Shown here piece by piece: positions 8,887 through 16,580 of a stretch of DNA of 64,000 bases; positions within the stretch are counted from its first letter, which is position 1; each line of letters opens with the position of its first letter. The position numbers were made by a program, and so were the translations under genes. The notes beneath the pieces were generated by a model. The model had not been told where the DNA came from. It did not search any database and was given only the letters and a program-made list of their open reading frames with translations. The stretch is from Patescibacteria group bacterium (GTDB lineage Bacteria; Patescibacteriota; Minisyncoccia; Phycocordibacterales; UBA918): the NCBI GenBank assembly GCA_019745315.1, contig JAIETH010000002.1:98306-162305 (forward strand). Reading direction: 5' to 3'.

Positions 8887-8958
8887 TCCTCCCGGCAGGA
8901 ATCGAACCTACATCAAGAGCTTAGAAGTCTCCTGTTCTATCCATTGAACTACGGGAGG
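8887..8958 (-). tRNA. tRNA-Arg (anticodon TCT)
   Basis: Reverse complement reads CCTCCCG TA GTTC AATGGATA GAAC A GGAGA-CTTCTAA-GCTCT TGAT GTAGG-TTCGATT-CCTGC CGGGAGG A. There is one A/G mismatch at the base of the anticodon stem. Confidence 0.75.
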
Positions 8959-8964
8959 AATACA

Positions 8965-9372
8965 CTACTCTACCTTAATACCCCCAGTCTGCAAATCGAC
9001 TGTGGATTCTTCTTTTGCAGGCGTAGATGTTCCAGAAGTGGTTGTACTTATGGACGACTCCTCGGGAACGACCTTTATATCGAGCGCCTTAAATCTTTCT
9101 AATCGCGCACCATATTCTTGCACCATACGCACAACAAGATCCTCATCGTACGTCACATCAAGAGCCACATCCCCATTTACAACACCCTCATCAACCTGCT
9201 TGAGCGCAGAAGAAAAAAGTATATAGGCATACGACGCCCCCGCACACACGAGAGTGACCGCTAAAAGTACTCCTAAAAACCACTCACGTTCTGGGTATAT
9301 TTTTCTAAACTCACGAAAGCTCAATCGAGACTTATACGCTTCTATTACTTTACGGAAATTCCATTTCATCAT
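8965..9372 (-). CDS. Hypothetical membrane-anchored protein, last gene of the pilMNO operon and a possible PilP analogue
   Basis: N-terminal transmembrane segment (WFLGVLLAVTLVCAGASYAYILF), Thr/Ser-rich tail; only the operon position suggests a role. Confidence 0.4.
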   Translation of the reverse strand: MMKWNFRKVIEAYKSRLSFREFRKIYPEREWFLGVLLAVTLVCAGASYAYILFSSALKQVDEGVVNGDVALDVTYDEDLVVRMVQEYGARLERFKALDIKVVPEESSISTTTSGTSTPAKEESTVDLQTGGIKVE

Positions 9373-9905
9373 AGCGGTTTCTTTTTTACTACTGCAACCT
9401 CGAGAACACCTTTCCAATCTACTTCCTCACCTAATTCATTAGTCTGACTTAGAGAAACATTCATGACCTCAGACTGGTACGGTAAAGATTCAATAACTGG
9501 AAGAAACGCTTGGAGCTCGTCATACGCACCTGAAAGCTCTAAAGAAATATTGAGTGTTTCAAAATTAGTCACATCCTTTATCGGCACCACCTCAACGGAT
9601 TTAATTCGTGCTTCAAGCCCTTGATGTCGCGCGGCGCCTTCAATCAAAGCAAGTACATATGCTACATCCTCATGGGCAACCACAAATTCCGATAAGATTT
9701 TTCGATTCTCCTCTGAGTCTATATACATTTTTTCCAGCTCAGCAAACTGCTGATCACGCGCAACGCTTTCAGCATGAGCACGTGCCTGCTCTTTCACTTT
9801 TTTATCTTGTCGATTAACTTCATACAAAAGTCCCCCGTAAACACAAAGCGAAATACCTAATACGAGAAGCGATGTGAGGAGTATTTTTTTTGCAAACGGC
9901 GTCAT
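9369..9905 (-). CDS. pilO: Type IV pilus assembly protein PilO-like
   Basis: 178 aa, N-terminal transmembrane segment then a coiled-coil periplasmic domain; sits directly after pilN. Confidence 0.6.
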   Translation of the reverse strand: MTPFAKKILLTSLLVLGISLCVYGGLLYEVNRQDKKVKEQARAHAESVARDQQFAELEKMYIDSEENRKILSEFVVAHEDVAYVLALIEGAARHQGLEARIKSVEVVPIKDVTNFETLNISLELSGAYDELQAFLPVIESLPYQSEVMNVSLSQTNELGEEVDWKGVLEVAVVKKKPL

Positions 9906-9906
9906 A

Positions 9907-10452
9907 CTATGGTTTTTGCGCTACCAATAACGTCACTACAAATGCATTATCTACTTCAGGAGCAAGATCTGATACGGGAATACTAACACTACTCCAAAAT
10001 GAATCTTGTTTGAGTCTTTCCACAAATGACTGAAGGTCGCTGCGCGAACGTGCGCGACCCTCGACGCGAACCTGAGCAGCATGTACTTTTTTAGGGAGGT
10101 CCGGTGCAATCGCAATGCCCACAAGTGAAATACTCGGCGCAAGCGCCTGTTCTATGTGTGGCATCACGGCTGACGCATGAAGAGACTGTTTTGATGCAGA
10201 AAGCTGTGTAGCAAATATGTGCGCCTCAGCGAGCGTTTGTTTCATTTCATCAAACGTTTGTTGTTTTTGCGTACCACCATCCTCTGACATATCAGCTTGG
10301 AGACGGTGTACTGATAAAACGTACGTAGGTAGTAATAACGCTGCCGAAACAAAAAATGATAGTGCGCCAAGTATTATCCACACAGATAAAAACCGCGCGA
10401 CATACTCCCCTCCTATTCTTTTTTTTGCCCCTGGAGGAATGAGGTTAATCAT
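9907..10452 (-). CDS. pilN: Type IV pilus assembly protein PilN-like
   Basis: MINLIPPGAKKRIGGEYVARFLSVWIILGALSFFV is the conserved PilN N-terminus followed by a transmembrane segment. Confidence 0.7.
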   Translation of the reverse strand: MINLIPPGAKKRIGGEYVARFLSVWIILGALSFFVSAALLLPTYVLSVHRLQADMSEDGGTQKQQTFDEMKQTLAEAHIFATQLSASKQSLHASAVMPHIEQALAPSISLVGIAIAPDLPKKVHAAQVRVEGRARSRSDLQSFVERLKQDSFWSSVSIPVSDLAPEVDNAFVVTLLVAQKP

Positions 10453-11545
10453 GGTTTTTTAAAAAGTCTGTCAACGCAAGACCTATTGCCGTGGCATACC
10501 CATACGAGTGGGCGCGACCTATAGGAGGTATTTCTTCTGAAAAAAGAAATGCATTTTGCCATACTGCTGCCCGTTCAGTTGACACCTCAAGCTCTTCAGT
10601 CAAATACTCGGTGAGCCCTGCAAGATTAGCGCTTCCTCCACACAAAATAACTTTATCAATAGTACGACCCTTTGACCCCTCGCTTCGCAAGTTCCAGTAA
10701 TTGATTCGTATATTAAGCTCATCTTTAAGCGACGCAATACTCGCTACTATCGCCTTCACCACCTCGTCTCCCCCCTCACTACTTCTCAAGAGACCTTGCT
10801 CGTTTTTTATACGGGTTATTTCTTTTTCATCGATAGCACCGAGAGATCGACGCATAGCATCACTAATATGTACTCCTCCGATCTCGATTGTAGAGGTAAA
10901 CATCAACACTCCATTATGAACAATACCAATCCCCGTTCGGGTGTGTCCAAAGTCAACGATCATGTGAGTACCGGTATGCCCTGACGGAATAATGGCACGC
11001 GCAACGGCCTGTGCTTCCACTTCAAATGAAAGCGGGTAAAAACCTGCTTCACGGTATGACTCGTAATAGCCGGTTATCGTATCTCGAGCATACACGGCGA
11101 CACTTACCCGAGCCCCTCCTGTAACCGCATCTCTCCCTACAACCGTATAGTCAAACAATGCCTCACGCGGAGCAAGCGGAACGTTTTCTTCAAGATGAAA
11201 TTCAATCATGCTCCGAATAGCACTTGCTTCAACGCCCCTATCAAGGGTTGTTTCGAATAGATACGCTCGCTCCTCTGGTAGAGAAACTCGCACAAACTCT
11301 GTATGCAAACGACGACGCAGATCTTTGAGCACGGAGACGAGCGCATCTTTATTAACAACAGTGCCCCGAGCTACCGTCTCTGCAACGATGGGCATATCTC
11401 CCCATGATTCGAGAGTAAGTCTATGTCCTGCACCACGAAACTGTACGTACTTAAGCGACGCATCAGAAATATCGACTCCAACATTTGGAAGAGTCATAAA
11501 ACGAGGTGGTGGAAATACACGAGAAAACGCTTTGAGTATACTCAT
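10445..11545 (-). CDS. pilM: Type IV pilus assembly protein PilM (actin-like ATPase fold)
   Basis: 366 aa; GVDISDASLKYVQF and the overall FtsA/PilM-like architecture; pilN is adjacent. Confidence 0.8.
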   Translation of the reverse strand: MSILKAFSRVFPPPRFMTLPNVGVDISDASLKYVQFRGAGHRLTLESWGDMPIVAETVARGTVVNKDALVSVLKDLRRRLHTEFVRVSLPEERAYLFETTLDRGVEASAIRSMIEFHLEENVPLAPREALFDYTVVGRDAVTGGARVSVAVYARDTITGYYESYREAGFYPLSFEVEAQAVARAIIPSGHTGTHMIVDFGHTRTGIGIVHNGVLMFTSTIEIGGVHISDAMRRSLGAIDEKEITRIKNEQGLLRSSEGGDEVVKAIVASIASLKDELNIRINYWNLRSEGSKGRTIDKVILCGGSANLAGLTEYLTEELEVSTERAAVWQNAFLFSEEIPPIGRAHSYGYATAIGLALTDFLKNHD

Positions 11546-11603
11546 AGATACTGAGTATTATACGACGCACGCCCCGTTATTGCGTGGGGACATACTCACA
11601 TTC

Positions 11604-11933
11604 TTATTTTATTTTTGTACCAGGTGGAAGCGAACTGCTTGGCGACAAAAGAGCAAATGACCCCTCCGGAGTACTCGCAGCAAGAATCATTCCCTGACTC
11701 TCTATGCCACGTATGGTTCTATATTCAAGATTTATCAAGAAAGGAAGCGTCTGTCCTACAAGAATCTGTGGATCTTCAAAAAAAGTTCGAATACCCGATA
11801 CGATAGTACGCGGAGTTTCTTCTCCCACATCAACTGAAAGCTTCAGCAGTTTGTCAGCCCCTTCAACAACCTCTACCTCACGAATGAGACCAAGGGCTAT
11901 ATGCAGTTTTGCAAAATCGTCATATGAAATCAT
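11604..11933 (-). CDS. tRNA-binding domain protein (CsaA/EMAP-II-like OB fold)
   Basis: FAKLHIALGLIREVEVVEGADKLLKLSVDVGEETPRTIVSGI is a Myf/CsaA-type tRNA-binding domain. Confidence 0.75.
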   Translation of the reverse strand: MISYDDFAKLHIALGLIREVEVVEGADKLLKLSVDVGEETPRTIVSGIRTFFEDPQILVGQTLPFLINLEYRTIRGIESQGMILAASTPEGSFALLSPSSSLPPGTKIK

Positions 11934-12319
11934 GTTGTATGTTTTATCCGTGATAAATAGCTATTGAGAATAATAGTTGCTGCTGCAGCGTCTGTCATAT
12001 CATTTCTTCCCTGTTCACGAATGGCTTCTTGAGTAGTAAATACTTCAGACTCAAAATATACGGGGGTGTGAGAAATATCACCAAGCGCCGCGGCACATGC
12101 AGCAGCTCCTTCTGCTACAGGATTATCCTTCCCTCCGAGGGTGTGTGATTTACCAAAAACAATAGCGCCAACTTTCTCTTTTAGAACAAGCGAAGAGAGT
12201 ACCTCGACAAGATCTTTTGTGTTTGGAATAACACTATGGGGAAATGCCATAGCTCCTCCCTCATCAGAAAGGGAAATACCCACCCGCCGCGTACCATAAT
12301 CTATACCCATATACCGCAT
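11930..12319 (-). CDS. ruvX: Holliday-junction resolvase-like / pre-16S rRNA nuclease YqgF (RuvX). Start taken at the internal Met MRYMGIDYG.
   Basis: MGIDYGTRRVGISLSD...GKDNPVAEGAAACAAAL... is the YqgF signature. The 114 upstream codons of the listed ORF overlap tRNA-Ser and are non-coding. Confidence 0.8.
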   Translation of the reverse strand: MRYMGIDYGTRRVGISLSDEGGAMAFPHSVIPNTKDLVEVLSSLVLKEKVGAIVFGKSHTLGGKDNPVAEGAAACAAALGDISHTPVYFESEVFTTQEAIREQGRNDMTDAAAATIILNSYLSRIKHTT

Positions 12320-12409
12320 AAAAAGAGAATACCATAGCAGCCGCTTTTGTTGGAATCTGGAGGTATTTCTGATACTATCGTGTAACGCTTTTACCGAAGC
12401 GAGATTCCT

Positions 12410-12497
12410 GGAGGAGTCGCATAGTGGTTTAGTGCAGCGGTCTTGAAAACCGCCAGGCCGCAAGGTCTCGAGAGTTCGAATCTCTCCTCCTCCGCCA
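12410..12497 (+). tRNA. tRNA-Ser (anticodon TGA) with encoded CCA
   Basis: GGAGGAG...GCGGT-CTTGAAA-ACCGC, long variable arm CAGGCCGCAAGGTCTCG, GAGAG-TTCGAAT-CTCTC CTCCTCC G CCA. Confidence 0.9.
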
Positions 12498-12500
12498 CAG

Positions 12501-12530
12501 AAAAACAGCCCCTTATTAGGGGTTGTTTTT
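12501..12530. terminator. Intrinsic terminator after tRNA-Ser
   Basis: aaaaacagcccc-ttattag-gggttgttttt. Confidence 0.8.
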
Positions 12531-12634
12531 GTAGACAGCAGAGAGAAAGCTCTGGGAGAGCATTCGTGAAAGATTCGAAAAGGTTGTCGAGATTTTCTGA
12601 AAGAAAATATCATACAACCTGAACAGAATTTGTA

Positions 12635-12660
12635 GAATTCGAATCTCTCCTCCTCCGCCA
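12635..12660 (+). repeat. Direct copy of the last about 25 nt of tRNA-Ser, including CCA, 138 bp downstream of the gene
   Basis: gaattcgaatctctcctcctccgcca here versus gagttcgaatctctcctcctccgcca in the gene. Confidence 0.85.
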
Positions 12661-12667
12661 CAACAAT

Positions 12668-13684
12668 TTGTATATATTCCTTGTATACTTATTCTCAATG
12701 AGAAGTCTGTCTCTCTACCTTACACCCATACTGGCGCTGCTTTTTTTGTCTTCTTTTCTCACGGAAACACTCACAGGAAGCAGTCCTGTGAGTGTTTTTT
12801 TCCAACCTATTGTTTTTATACTTTTTATTACCGTCGGATATGGATTTCCCGTCCTCATTATTCGAGAAATATATGTGCGAAAAAATCTAAGTATTCTTAG
12901 TCTCTTTGTACTTGGTTTTGCGTATGGACTATGGAACGAAGGCCTCTTTGCACAAACAATTTTTTATCCACTTCATTCACCCATCTTGAGTTTCGCTGAA
13001 TATGGACTTATTGAAAATATCAGAGTTCCTTTTGCGCTCACCATAAGCTCGTGGCACGCACTCTATGCTGTTATATACCCCATTCTTTTTGTAAGTTATC
13101 TATTTCCAAAGTTACAAGAGACGCCGTGGATTTCTAAAAAAACTGCGTGGATTCTCGGAATTGCCAGCGTTCTTTTTGGAAGCCTTGGCTTTTTTAATAA
13201 TCTACGTGATGTTGAATTTGGAGAGATCGGAACACAGATTACTGGAAACCTTGAACATTACGTATTTCTACTGATTATCTCAATCATTCTGATAACCACT
13301 GCCCTAGTCCTACCGCGGCGACAAAAAACTGCATTCCCTAACAACACCACAATTTCAACAAAGAAACTTATTTTGTATGGCATTGCACTCTATTGTGCAG
13401 TTTTCTTTCTTCCCTATGTATTTTCACTTCTTAAGCTTCCCGCTCTACTATTTTTTGTATATTTCTTTTCTCTATGGAGCGCTGGAGCATACCTATACAC
13501 CCGACTGCCACCCCTCTCTCTTCGAGAAAAAGTACTTGTAGGCCTCTCAGGAGAGATTCCCGTTATGCTTCTTGGCCTCACACTTGCACTTCTGTCGTTT
13601 AATATACCGCAAAGTATTTTTGTATTCTTTCTTTTGTGTCTCTGCATCGTACTGATTCGATACGTACACATACAAAAAATATAA
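12668..13684 (+). CDS. Polytopic integral membrane protein, hypothetical
   Basis: 338 aa with about 9-10 hydrophobic segments and no recognised motif. Confidence 0.5.
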   Translation: MYIFLVYLFSMRSLSLYLTPILALLFLSSFLTETLTGSSPVSVFFQPIVFILFITVGYGFPVLIIREIYVRKNLSILSLFVLGFAYGLWNEGLFAQTIFYPLHSPILSFAEYGLIENIRVPFALTISSWHALYAVIYPILFVSYLFPKLQETPWISKKTAWILGIASVLFGSLGFFNNLRDVEFGEIGTQITGNLEHYVFLLIISIILITTALVLPRRQKTAFPNNTTISTKKLILYGIALYCAVFFLPYVFSLLKLPALLFFVYFFSLWSAGAYLYTRLPPLSLREKVLVGLSGEIPVMLLGLTLALLSFNIPQSIFVFFLLCLCIVLIRYVHIQKI

Positions 13685-13715
13685 CTGTAGCTGGCTTTTG
13701 TATTACAATCGCATT

Positions 13716-14324
13716 ATGAAAAAAACTTTTATTGGCATCATTTGTCTTGCATTGATTTTTGGCACTTATTTCTTTTTTATATACAAAACCCCTATCACCA
13801 ACAAAAACTCCACGGGACAAACCATAGTGGCTTTTGGTGATAGCTTGGTATATGGCACTGGATCAACACAAGGGAATGACTTTGTTTCACTTGTCTCAAA
13901 TGAACTCGGACAGCCTATTATTAACCTTGGGGTACCAGGAAATACCAGCGCCTCAGGACTTGCACGGATTGAGGAAGTTATTGCGCTTAAACCAAAGATT
14001 GTGATAGTTCTCTTTGGCGGAAATGACTTTTTACAGAAGATACCTATCGATACGACTTTCCAAAATATTGATGAGATAGTCACACGCATACACAATACGG
14101 GATCAGCGGTTATCCTCCTTGGAGTACGAGGAGGACTCCTTACCGATCCCTATGCAGATAGATTTGAAGAGATTGCAAAAAATCGCAATACTGCATATGT
14201 ACCAAATATTTTAAGTGGCCTTATTGGAAATACCTCACGCATGAGTGATGCAATTCACCCAAACGATACGGGATATAAAATAATTGCTGATAAGGTACTA
14301 ACTGTTTTTACTAAAGAATTCTAA
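13716..14324 (+). CDS. SGNH/GDSL-family hydrolase (TesA/arylesterase-like), secreted
   Basis: GDSLVYG block I, GGNDF block III, DAIHPN block V; N-terminal signal/transmembrane segment. Confidence 0.8.
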   Translation: MKKTFIGIICLALIFGTYFFFIYKTPITNKNSTGQTIVAFGDSLVYGTGSTQGNDFVSLVSNELGQPIINLGVPGNTSASGLARIEEVIALKPKIVIVLFGGNDFLQKIPIDTTFQNIDEIVTRIHNTGSAVILLGVRGGLLTDPYADRFEEIAKNRNTAYVPNILSGLIGNTSRMSDAIHPNDTGYKIIADKVLTVFTKEF

Positions 14325-14397
14325 TGCGATCACTCCAGAAAGCATATTCATAGAATAAAAAATATTTCTAGAAAATGTTCGTGCTAAAATAACAGCA

Positions 14398-14913
14398 ATG
14401 CGTTACGAAGAATATATTGGAGATCTTTCCCCTACCTCCGAAAACACAGGGAGGCTTCGTGAAATATCCTGGGAAGCACCTGAACACCATCACACTGAGA
14501 AAGGAAGTGATTGGTATTGGGCTCTCGGTATTATTACTATTGCCGGAGCAATTACTACCATTATCTTTGGCAATGTTCTTTTTGGAGTAGTTATATTACT
14601 CGCAGGTCTTATGACCGCGCTCATATCTTCTCGCCCGCCACGAACCGTCACCTACTCAATATCAGTCCGAGGAATTCGCATTGGAACAGAACTCTACCCA
14701 TACAGCAGCCTTACGTGTTTTTATATCAATGAAGAACATCATCATCATTTACAACTCCTGATTCAAACAACAAGCTTTTTTACCCCCCTTCTCGTCATTC
14801 CTATGCCAGACGAGGCACTTGAGGATGTAGAAGAGATTTTAGAGCCACGACTTCCTGAAAAGTACCTAGAAGAGTCTCTTGGTCAACGCATACTGGAATT
14901 TTTAGGATTTTAA
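14398..14913 (+). CDS. Hypothetical membrane protein with two His-rich patches
   Basis: 171 aa, two transmembrane segments, HHHTEKG and EEHHHH motifs. Confidence 0.4.
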   Translation: MRYEEYIGDLSPTSENTGRLREISWEAPEHHHTEKGSDWYWALGIITIAGAITTIIFGNVLFGVVILLAGLMTALISSRPPRTVTYSISVRGIRIGTELYPYSSLTCFYINEEHHHHLQLLIQTTSFFTPLLVIPMPDEALEDVEEILEPRLPEKYLEESLGQRILEFLGF

Positions 14914-15142
14914 GGTATGCTGGGTTTTATCGTATTTGCGTAATAGTAAATTCGAGCAGGAACTCTCCTTACAGGAGCTGTACACCTTTTGGATATTTTT
15001 GTTCGTTTTGTGAACTCTAAAAATATCTCAAAAGGTCCTGCGAAATCCTTTTACAAAGGCGGTATACCTTACAGACTTTTCCTTGAAAAGATCTGTAAGG
15101 TCTTGCGACATGCTCCCAGCATGTCTCACCCCGCACTTTCTC

Positions 15143-15214
15143 GCTCTCGTCGTTCAACGGATAGGACACAAGCTTGCGGAGCTTGTAATGTAGGTTCGAT
15201 TCCTGCCGAGAGCA
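15143..15214 (+). tRNA. tRNA-Arg (anticodon GCG), missed by the ORF track, which calls a 121-aa ORF here
   Basis: GCTCTCG TC GTTC AACGGATA GGAC A CAAGC-TTGCGGA-GCTTG TAAT GTAGG-TTCGATT-CCTGC CGAGAGC A. All stems pair, and the T-arm is identical to tRNA-Arg(TCT). Confidence 0.75.
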
Positions 15215-15222
15215 CTAAGAGA

Positions 15223-15253
15223 CACAAAACGAGACCTGCGTCTCGTTTTGTGC
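15223..15253 (+). terminator. Intrinsic terminator after tRNA-Arg(GCG)
   Basis: cacaaaacgagac-ctgc-gtctcgttttgtg. Confidence 0.8.
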
Positions 15254-15387
15254 GTTTAGTGAAGCGGAGCTATGTCGCCCCGCGACAGGCGAGCTCGGGC
15301 AGGAGCCGCTTAGCATCTTTCCGAATACTTGGAGGAAAGTGCTTAGCGAGCTGACGCCATACTTGTGCTCGAGAGGAAGCGCGGGGC

Positions 15388-15410
15388 GCTTCCGTGCAGG
15401 AATCGAAGCC
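15388..15410 (-). repeat. Inverted T-arm-like fragment (reverse complement ggcttcgattcctgcacggaagc) downstream of tRNA-Arg(GCG)
   Basis: near-identical to 8828-8847; lies within a GC palindrome gaagcgcggggcgcttc. Confidence 0.6.
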
Positions 15411-15558
15411 TGATTGAGCATTTTTTGGAAAGCTTTGCTTGAACAAAAAAATCCAATCAGGGTACTGGTTCTGTAGGAACCGAATTTCCTGGGAAAAGTA
15501 TAGAAGCAGGTTTCGCTTGAGCTGTCTTCTTCTGCACTTTCCAACAACCCACCTCAAC

Positions 15559-15588
15559 AAAAAAGACCCCGCGAGGGATCTTTTTTGT
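15559..15588. terminator. Terminator 3' of rpsT (an A-run precedes and a T-run follows the hairpin)
   Basis: aaaaagacccc-gcga-gggatctttttt. Confidence 0.7.
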
Positions 15589-15594
15589 CTTCAA

Positions 15595-15858
15595 CTACAC
15601 CATCTTCTTGATTTGGGCCGCAAGGCGAGACTTCTTTCGAGCGGCAGTATTTGGCTTGATAACGCCACGCTTTGCAGCTTTATCGATAGCCTGACTTACC
15701 TCTTTCATCATAGCTTCGGCATCAGCCTTGCTACCTGCAGTTACTTTTTGATACGTTTTTTTAAGAATGTCGCGCATTGCGTTTTGGCGACGCACGTTGT
15801 ACACACGCTTCTTGAGAGAAGACCGGAGTGCTTTTTTTGCTCCTTTGATAATTGGCAT
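15595..15858 (-). CDS. rpsT: 30S ribosomal protein S20
   Basis: MPIIKGAKKALRSSLKKRVYNVRRQNAMRDILKK...; 87 aa, basic. Confidence 0.9.
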   Translation of the reverse strand: MPIIKGAKKALRSSLKKRVYNVRRQNAMRDILKKTYQKVTAGSKADAEAMMKEVSQAIDKAAKRGVIKPNTAARKKSRLAAQIKKMV

Positions 15859-15951
15859 GTCCCGTACTGTACCTCAAAACTCTTGAAAGTGCAATACAGC
15901 GAGGAGTCTTTACGATTTTCCGTAGAGCCAGCTCTACGGTATGATGGTGGA

Positions 15952-16527
15952 ATGATACGCAGCGTTCAGGGAACCCTTATAGATATACGCGTAGGCCAGG
16001 TTGTTATTGATATCGGAGGCTTAGGATATCTCGTATTTCTCCCTTCGGGAGTGACTTCCGACCTCCAGATAGGGACACGTGCGATATTTCATACATACCT
16101 CGCCGTCCGAGAAGACTCACTCACCCTTTATGGCTTCGTAACCCGCGACGACCTTGAGATGTTTGAGCATCTTATAAATCTTCCCAAGATTGGACCGAAG
16201 TCAGCTCTTCAAATATTGTCCCAAGCGCCCATTGAGCTTATCAAAAAAGCAGTCGCCTCCGGAGATCCTGAACACTTAAGCAAGCTCTCAGGTATGGGCA
16301 AAAAAACTGCGGAGAAGATTGTGATTGGACTCAAAGATCTCTTTGGTGACGCTACACACTTCGGAACCCACGACCGCGGATCAAGCGATGTCGTTGATGC
16401 TCTACTCACATTGGGATACTCTCAAAAAGAAGCGCGTGACGTACTTGCTAAAATTGACCCAGAACTTATTGAGACAAATGCACGAGTCAAAGAGGCTCTT
16501 CGTATCCTCTCTTCCGAGAGAATGTAG
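15952..16527 (+). CDS. ruvA: Holliday junction DNA helicase subunit RuvA
   Basis: MIRSVQGTLIDIRVGQVVIDIGGLGYLVFLP...; two HhH motifs (LINLPKIGPKSA, LSKLSGMGKKTAEKI). The 170 upstream codons of the listed ORF are antisense to rpsT and are discarded. Confidence 0.9.
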   Translation: MIRSVQGTLIDIRVGQVVIDIGGLGYLVFLPSGVTSDLQIGTRAIFHTYLAVREDSLTLYGFVTRDDLEMFEHLINLPKIGPKSALQILSQAPIELIKKAVASGDPEHLSKLSGMGKKTAEKIVIGLKDLFGDATHFGTHDRGSSDVVDALLTLGYSQKEARDVLAKIDPELIETNARVKEALRILSSERM

Positions 16528-16536
16528 TATAGAAAA

Positions 16537-16570
16537 ATAAAAAACCCCGATTATCGGGGTTTTTTATTTT
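16537..16570. terminator. Bidirectional terminator between ruvA and the large surface-protein gene
   Basis: aaaaaaccccga-tta-tcggggttttttatttt. Confidence 0.85.
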
Positions 16571-16580
16571 TCTTTGTATT

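Noticed and set aside
8560-8960. tmRNA or RNase P RNA in the 400-bp non-coding stretch between tRNA-Val and tRNA-Arg
   Set aside because: The T-arm-like fragments are accounted for by tRNA-Arg and its partial copies. No tmRNA tag-reading frame or resume codon, and no RNase P conserved blocks (AGGAAAGTCC, ACAGNRA), are present.
8483-9102. ORFs 8483-8686 (-) and 8878-9102 (+)
   Set aside because: They overlap tRNA-Val, the terminator and tRNA-Arg(TCT) with its repeats. There is no coding signal.
14989-15354. 121-aa + strand ORF
   Set aside because: It spans a well-formed tRNA-Arg(GCG) (15143-15214) and its rho-independent terminator. Its composition is protein-unlike (Arg/Ser-rich).
15439-15951. 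The N-terminal 171 codons of the 362-aa 'RuvA' ORF
   Set aside because: This stretch overlaps the convergent rpsT gene and its terminator. RuvA-like sequence begins at MIRSVQGTL (15952).
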